Shown here: positions 49,376 to 54,158 of the stretch, in pieces
Layout of the letters: the number at the start of each line of letters is the position of its first letter
Position numbering within the stretch: position 1 is the stretch's first letter
IMG/VR virus record: IMGVR_UViG_3300026453_000533
Coordinates: 62,001-116,158 of that record
DNA length: 54,158 nucleotides
Direction: 5' to 3' (one strand)
Source of the DNA: an uncultured virus (IMG/VR IMGVR_UViG_3300026453_000533)
Lineage: Duplodnaviria; Heunggongvirae; Uroviricota; Caudoviricetes
Program-made: the position numbers and the translations under genes
The notes under the pieces: generated by a model
Database searches by the model: none
Seen by the model: the letters and a program-made list of their open reading frames with translations, nothing else
What the model was told of the DNA's origin: nothing

Positions 49376-49440
49376 GAACTTAATTATTCGTATATTTAGG
49401 TATAAAGGTTAAGGATTATTAATTAAAACAAATAAAGGTT

Positions 49441-49947
49441 ATGTATTTATCAGTAAACAAAAATTATTCAAAAACAGATTGTAAAATTGCTAAAGCAGAA
49501 AAGAATGACTGTGTAGTTCGTTCGATTGCAGCTGCTACAGGCGTAAGTTATAGAACGGCTCATACGTTCTGTAAAGAAGAAATGGGTAGAGAAAATAAAA
49601 AAGGTACTAATAACGTACACTTAACTACTACCTTTTTAAAAGCTCAAGACGAAGGTCTTAAGATAGGAAATAAGGAGTTCGATATTTACGGACTTAAAAA
49701 AGAAGAAGTAAAGAATAGATATAAGCTTAAAGGAGAAGAAATCTGGAGACAGAAAACTCTTAAAAGCTTTATGCAATCCCATCCAGCAGGTACCTTCATG
49801 GTACTAGTCGCAAAGCATGCTCTAGTTGTTAAAGATGGAGAATTGCTAGACTGGGAAAATAATAAGTTCGAACCTACTCGTAAGGTTATGGGAGCTTATA
49901 AGTTCACCGAGAAGAAAAACGATCCTGTTCAATTAAGTTTATTTTAA
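49441..49947 (+). CDS. hypothetical early protein (possible Cys/His papain-like fold)
   Basis: NDCVVRSIA...HA...DG...D. Confidence 0.6.
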   Translation: MYLSVNKNYSKTDCKIAKAEKNDCVVRSIAAATGVSYRTAHTFCKEEMGRENKKGTNNVHLTTTFLKAQDEGLKIGNKEFDIYGLKKEEVKNRYKLKGEEIWRQKTLKSFMQSHPAGTFMVLVAKHALVVKDGELLDWENNKFEPTRKVMGAYKFTEKKNDPVQLSLF

Positions 49948-50482
49948 TATGGCACATATATTTGATAGCTTTAAAAAAGCAAAGAAAGTAGTCACTTCAT
50001 GTGAAACTTTAGAACAATTAAGAGGAGCAAAAAGATATGTTAATCAGTTCCTAGAAGTATATTGTGAGGTTAACTACATAAATGGAAAGTTAGAAACTAA
50101 TGTTTTACTTTCGGAATTGTATGATAAACTTACAGCGTTAATATATTTAAAAAAACATCAATTAAAAAACAAACAAGATGGCATTAGAAAATAAATCATT
50201 TAGAGTTACAGTTGAACATTGGGATGAAAAAATCACAGTAGAGAAAGATCATAGTGATATTACATTTGATGAATTTGTAGAAATGTTAAGAACTTTATCT
50301 AGAGGAGTAGGATTTAGTCAAAAAAATATAGACGAATTATTTGGATCTTAATAAATAAATAATATGAAAAATAATCATCAAGGAAGAAGTGATAAGCAAT
50401 ATGAAAACTCAGCAATTGGTGCTGGAGTAGGAATTATTGGAATAGTATTAATTTTAGGTTACTTACTTATAATCAACTTATT

Positions 50483-50866
50483 ATGAAAATAGCATTAATA
50501 GCACACGATAACAAGAAAGCCGATATGGTTGCTTTTGTATCAAAGAGGTTACCTTTCTTCAATAGAGAGGATGTAACTATCATTACTACAGGAACTACAG
50601 GTAAGCATGTTAAGCATGCAGGTATAAACAATGTAGTTAGTGTACAATCAGGTCCATTAGGAGGAGATGCTCAAATAGCAGCATTAGTTACTGAAGGAGA
50701 GATAGACTTAATTATATTTTTAAGAGATCCATTAGGAAAGCATCCTCACGATGTAGATATATCTATGTTAATGAGATTAGCTGACGTCCATGAAGTACCT
50801 TTAGCTACTAACTATAGAACAGCTAGTTACTTAATTAAGTACTTTAAATCTAAAAAGAAAGTATGA
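50483..50866 (+). CDS. mgsA: methylglyoxal synthase
   Basis: IALIAHDNKK, TGTTG, SGPLGGDAQI, DPL..HPHD.D, LATN. Confidence 0.96.
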   Translation: MKIALIAHDNKKADMVAFVSKRLPFFNREDVTIITTGTTGKHVKHAGINNVVSVQSGPLGGDAQIAALVTEGEIDLIIFLRDPLGKHPHDVDISMLMRLADVHEVPLATNYRTASYLIKYFKSKKKV

Positions 50867-50987
50867 GCGGAGAAGATATCATAAAAAGAATAAATGAAGT
50901 AAAAGAGTTAATCATAAGAGAAGAATATGACTTAGCTATTAAATACTCAGATTACATTATAGATGATATCTACCTTTATAGAAAAAA

Positions 50988-51506
50988 TTGCTTATGAGTA
51001 AATTAGATTTTTATCCAATGTTGTCTCCTAGAGAGATAATTGATGAAGGAGCTTTCGGAGGTTCGTACTTTGGTCTCCCTATTGAAGAGTATACTAATTA
51101 CGAGTATCAAGAGTTATTTGACTACCATTTTGACGGTTTAGATACAAGCTTATACTTAGGAGAAAAATATAAACCTAAAGTTAATAAGTTTAAAATTAGA
51201 TCCGGAATGGATTATGAGTACTGGAAAGAGATGGGATGGATGCATGAAGATGATCCTTATGGTTGGTTTGAATGGTACTGTAAATATAGCATGGGTAGAA
51301 GACATCCAGATGATGATAGACAGATTAGACGTTGGCAGGACTTCTGCGGTGTAAACGGTAGATGGAGAAAAAGAATATATAGTAGATTATATGAGACAGG
51401 TGATTGGGATGTGAGTATAAGGATACAGCAATCTTTATTACATTGGGGTTATATGATTAATGATGGTGACTATATGCAATGGAAGTATTTAAATAATAAA
51501 GTATGA
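50988..51506 (+). CDS. conserved viral hypothetical protein
   Basis: GAFGGSYF, DPYGWFEWYC, GRR..DD.RQI.RW, Q.LLHW. Confidence 0.7.
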   Translation: MLMSKLDFYPMLSPREIIDEGAFGGSYFGLPIEEYTNYEYQELFDYHFDGLDTSLYLGEKYKPKVNKFKIRSGMDYEYWKEMGWMHEDDPYGWFEWYCKYSMGRRHPDDDRQIRRWQDFCGVNGRWRKRIYSRLYETGDWDVSIRIQQSLLHWGYMINDGDYMQWKYLNNKV

Positions 51507-51984
51507 AAGCAATATTAGAATTTAATTTACCGGAAGATCAAACAGAATATCAATTAGTTAATGATGCCTCTAAGATGTATAGTGCATTATGGGATATGAA
51601 ACATTTCTTAAGAAATAAAGTTAAACACGCATCAGATCAAATGCCACAAGAGAGTTATAATACATTTGTGCAATGTAGAGATGAGTTAAATGATATACTT
51701 TCACATAACAACTTAGATTTAGACATATGAAAGAACAAGATTTAATAAATTTAGGATTCGAAAGAGTAGACGTAAGCGCAGAAGAGAGTGGTGATGAAGC
51801 TTTCTATTATTATGGTTTAGATTTAGGTAACCAAAGAGTAGTAAACCTTATAAGCCCAGCTAATACAGAAGTAATAGATAATAAATGGTTTGTAGAGGTA
51901 TTTGAAGATGAGTCAATATGCTTCGATGATATAGATCAATTAAAAACATTTATAAAGATAGTAAAAGAGAATACAGTTAAATAG
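51503..51984 (+). other. two small hypothetical genes (51503-51730, 51727-51984)
   Basis: MKAILEFNLPED... and MKEQDLINLGFE...; ATGA coupling. Confidence 0.65.
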
Positions 51985-52935
51985 AGAATTATGATTAATA
52001 GGGTAAAGAAATTTTTTAAAGACATTTACTTAGGTATTAAGATAGCTAATGATAACTACATGAAGGGTAAATGTAATCACGGTAAATTTTAAATTATGGA
52101 AGAGATAGCAAACGATTTATATTATTGGGTAGCAATTGTAGACGACGTAGAGTGGTTAGTAGATGGTTATTCTGAACAAGATGTAAGAGATAAGATAGCT
52201 TTAGAAGAGCCTACTGCATTTGTAGACTTAGTAACAAAGAGTACTATAGTAAAGGTATTGTTATGAGCTCAATAGAAATAATAGGCATAGCGTTAATAAT
52301 AATACTAGTAGTTTGGCTAAAGTGGTTCTCAGAAGGATGGATAGAGTCCAGAGAATGGCATAAGAGACAAAAGACAAAAGGAGAACAAAGATGGCTATGG
52401 TTAATAAGTAAGCCGTATATAACTCCTAAGAAGATACTATATTGGTTATTCTTAATAGTACTAATAGCAGTATACATGTATATAGGATTTAATTTACCAT
52501 TATGAGTGATATAGATAAAATAGTATTTATAAGCATTTACTTCATACAATTGAGTATATGGTGTGTTTATAATATGAAAGGAGAAAGTAAGTAATATGAT
52601 CAATAGCGGAAGAGAATGGGATTGGATGGATGATGAACTATTAGAAGATGGTATAGACGATTATATAACACCGCCAAAGGAGAGTGGTGCTGTAGAGGAT
52701 TAAAAATAAAGAGTTATGAAATTATACATAAGTGAGATAGTAGGCCAAGCATATATTCTACCTTCAATAAAGATTACATATAGTAGAATGTTAAACGGTG
52801 ATTTAGAATTTATACTTGGTTGGTTAAAATATGAATTAGTTATAGCAATATGAGAAGAACAAACAAATTATTAAAAGCTTTGAAGGGATGGGAGTTTGAC
52901 ATAGGGGCGTTGTCGGCAAGTGAGAGCATGAAGGA

Positions 52936-52980
52936 GGGTGAGGGGGCGCTTTCCTCTCAACCGCCGAAGGCGTCACGCGC
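52936..52980 (+). ncRNA. GC-rich two-hairpin structured element, copy 2
   Basis: TGAGGGGG-CGCTT-TCCTCTCA AC CGCC-GAA-GGCG TCACGCGC. Confidence 0.5.
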
Positions 52981-53338
52981 ATTTTCGACGAATGTCTCAA
53001 ATGATCTACCAACCAATCCTACCGCTCCTACTTATGAATGGGATCATTATTCGGGTCTACCGGGTACTGGGGCGTATAACTAAAGACTAAAGTCTTTGTG
53101 TGGCTGAGGTAGTATAAGACTTTGGCTATACATAGATACCGGACATACCATAAGACCTTAAGAGAAACAAGCTATATAAGGTAGATAAAGGGTAAACATC
53201 AATAGATTGGTATGAAGACTATTAATAATACCAAGTGTATATATTCATATAATCATATAAGTAAATAATCATATAAAAATATATAGGTTGTATAGAATAA
53301 AGTAGATATGATGTGTGGAATAAGAGAGGTAAACATCA

Positions 53339-53370
53339 GGCACGCCTGTGCCCCGGTTCTTTTTTTCTCT
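53339..53370 (+). terminator. possible intrinsic terminator
   Basis: GGCAC-GCCT-GTGCC hairpin then CCGGTTCTTTTTTT. Confidence 0.4.
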
Positions 53371-53477
53371 ATATAGCAAAATATTTCTTCCAGACCGACA
53401 AAGAAAACCATTAAAAAAGTTGCCTATATGCGTAATTATTCGTATATTTAGGTATAAAGGTTAAAGAAATAAAGGTT

Positions 53478-53852
53478 ATGACTTATCAAGAAAAGAAACA
53501 AGCAAGTAAAAAAGTATTGGATGCCATCAAGGCATTAAAAGACAATGAGGTATTAGAAGTATCTTATGGTAAAGGGTTTAAGGGTAAGCCTAATGTATAT
53601 ACTATTAGAGCATATAGTAGTAGTAGCCGTAAAGGTGGTAAAATGTCATATAGTATCTGGAGTACCTTTAGTGGTATGAATATTGACTCTTTGGGTCCTA
53701 CTACGGCTAAGGCTTATACATTCGATATGATGTCTCAGAAGACTACTTACACCTTCCCTCTATATGAGATGAAGATAGGTCTAGAGATACCAGAAGAGAA
53801 TCCATTAGAGAAGCTACCTGGCTATATAGGAACAGAGGCCGGAACAGTATAG
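53478..53852 (+). CDS. hypothetical early protein
   Basis: 124 aa ORF after promoter at 53420 and AAAGGTT-ATG leader. Confidence 0.75.
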   Translation: MTYQEKKQASKKVLDAIKALKDNEVLEVSYGKGFKGKPNVYTIRAYSSSSRKGGKMSYSIWSTFSGMNIDSLGPTTAKAYTFDMMSQKTTYTFPLYEMKIGLEIPEENPLEKLPGYIGTEAGTV

Positions 53853-54158
53853 GTAAAACCTATAGTGGTAATTTATACTCATTATATATAAGAGAATAAG
53901 TTGCCTAATTGAATTATTATTCGTATATTTAGATATAAAGCAATAAAGGTTATGACAGTAAATCCAACATTAAACAATCACTTATTATTAGTAAGTAAGT
54001 TAAATCAGTTATTTGATCTAGAGTATCTATCTAAAGACGAATTAGATGATATAGTTAATTGTGTTACATTACACAAGCAATTAGAATTTAAACAATTAAC
54101 AATTAATAAATAAAGGTTATATTATGAAACGAAACAACAAACACCCTTATGGGTACCA

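Larger units (their letters stand above)
48136..49428 (+). repeat. about 65-bp near-identical direct repeats (48136-48202 and 49362-49428), each containing an early promoter
   Basis: AAATAGTTGCCTAGGAACTTAATTATTC(T/G)TATATTTAGGTATAAAGGTTAA..TTATTAATTAAAA at both positions. Confidence 0.9.
164..53931 (+). promoter_or_regulatory. class I (early, host-sigma-type) promoter family TTG-N20-TAT(A/C)TT(T/A)n; TTG at 164, 3034, 3663, 7751, 10619, 10982, 19060, 20952, 28263, 37125, 38902, 40183, 43669, 45678, 47183, 48142, 49368, 53420, 53901
   Basis: 19 sites with the same 20-nt spacer, upstream of gene starts; resembles the Bacteroidota -33 TTG / -7 TAnnTTTG promoter. Confidence 0.88.

Noticed and set aside
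150..52603. Minus-strand ORFs in the track other than 10229-10585 (e.g. 150-380, 8556-8753, 18162-18485, 42916-43224, 52244-52603)
   Set aside because: Antisense shadows of well-supported + strand genes, without motifs or promoters
1..54158. Stop-codon reassignment
   Set aside because: Long conserved genes are intact in code 11, and TAG, TGA and TAA all end genes at expected positions

Overview
AT-rich, gene-dense fragment of a large lytic dsDNA phage, almost entirely coded on the + strand in the standard genetic code. The host is very likely Bacteroidota (Flavobacteriia): the promoters are Bacteroidota-type, Shine-Dalgarno sites are absent, and there is a T9SS-sorted protein. From left to right the window holds: (1) a 7-deazaguanine DNA-modification region (PurN-like formyltransferase fragment, bimodular QueF); (2) family A DNA polymerase; (3) an Hsp20-GroES-GroEL-histone-like cluster; (4) a late envelope module (T9SS cargo with about 22 Cys repeats, beta-barrel, thioredoxin-fold protein) followed by lysis genes; (5) a 13 kb glycan locus with a nonulosonic (sialic/KDN-type) acid synthesis and transfer set; (6) a long early region of small genes, two tRNAs flanking an HNH nuclease, and mgsA. 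Two promoter classes can be read directly: TTG-N20-TATATTTA (19 sites) and TATTTAT (12 sites). Unexplained structure includes a GC-rich two-hairpin element present twice with compensatory changes, an inverted repeat enclosing hsp20, and enrichment of TTCCGGAA. All family assignments come from motif recognition by eye; no database searches were run.
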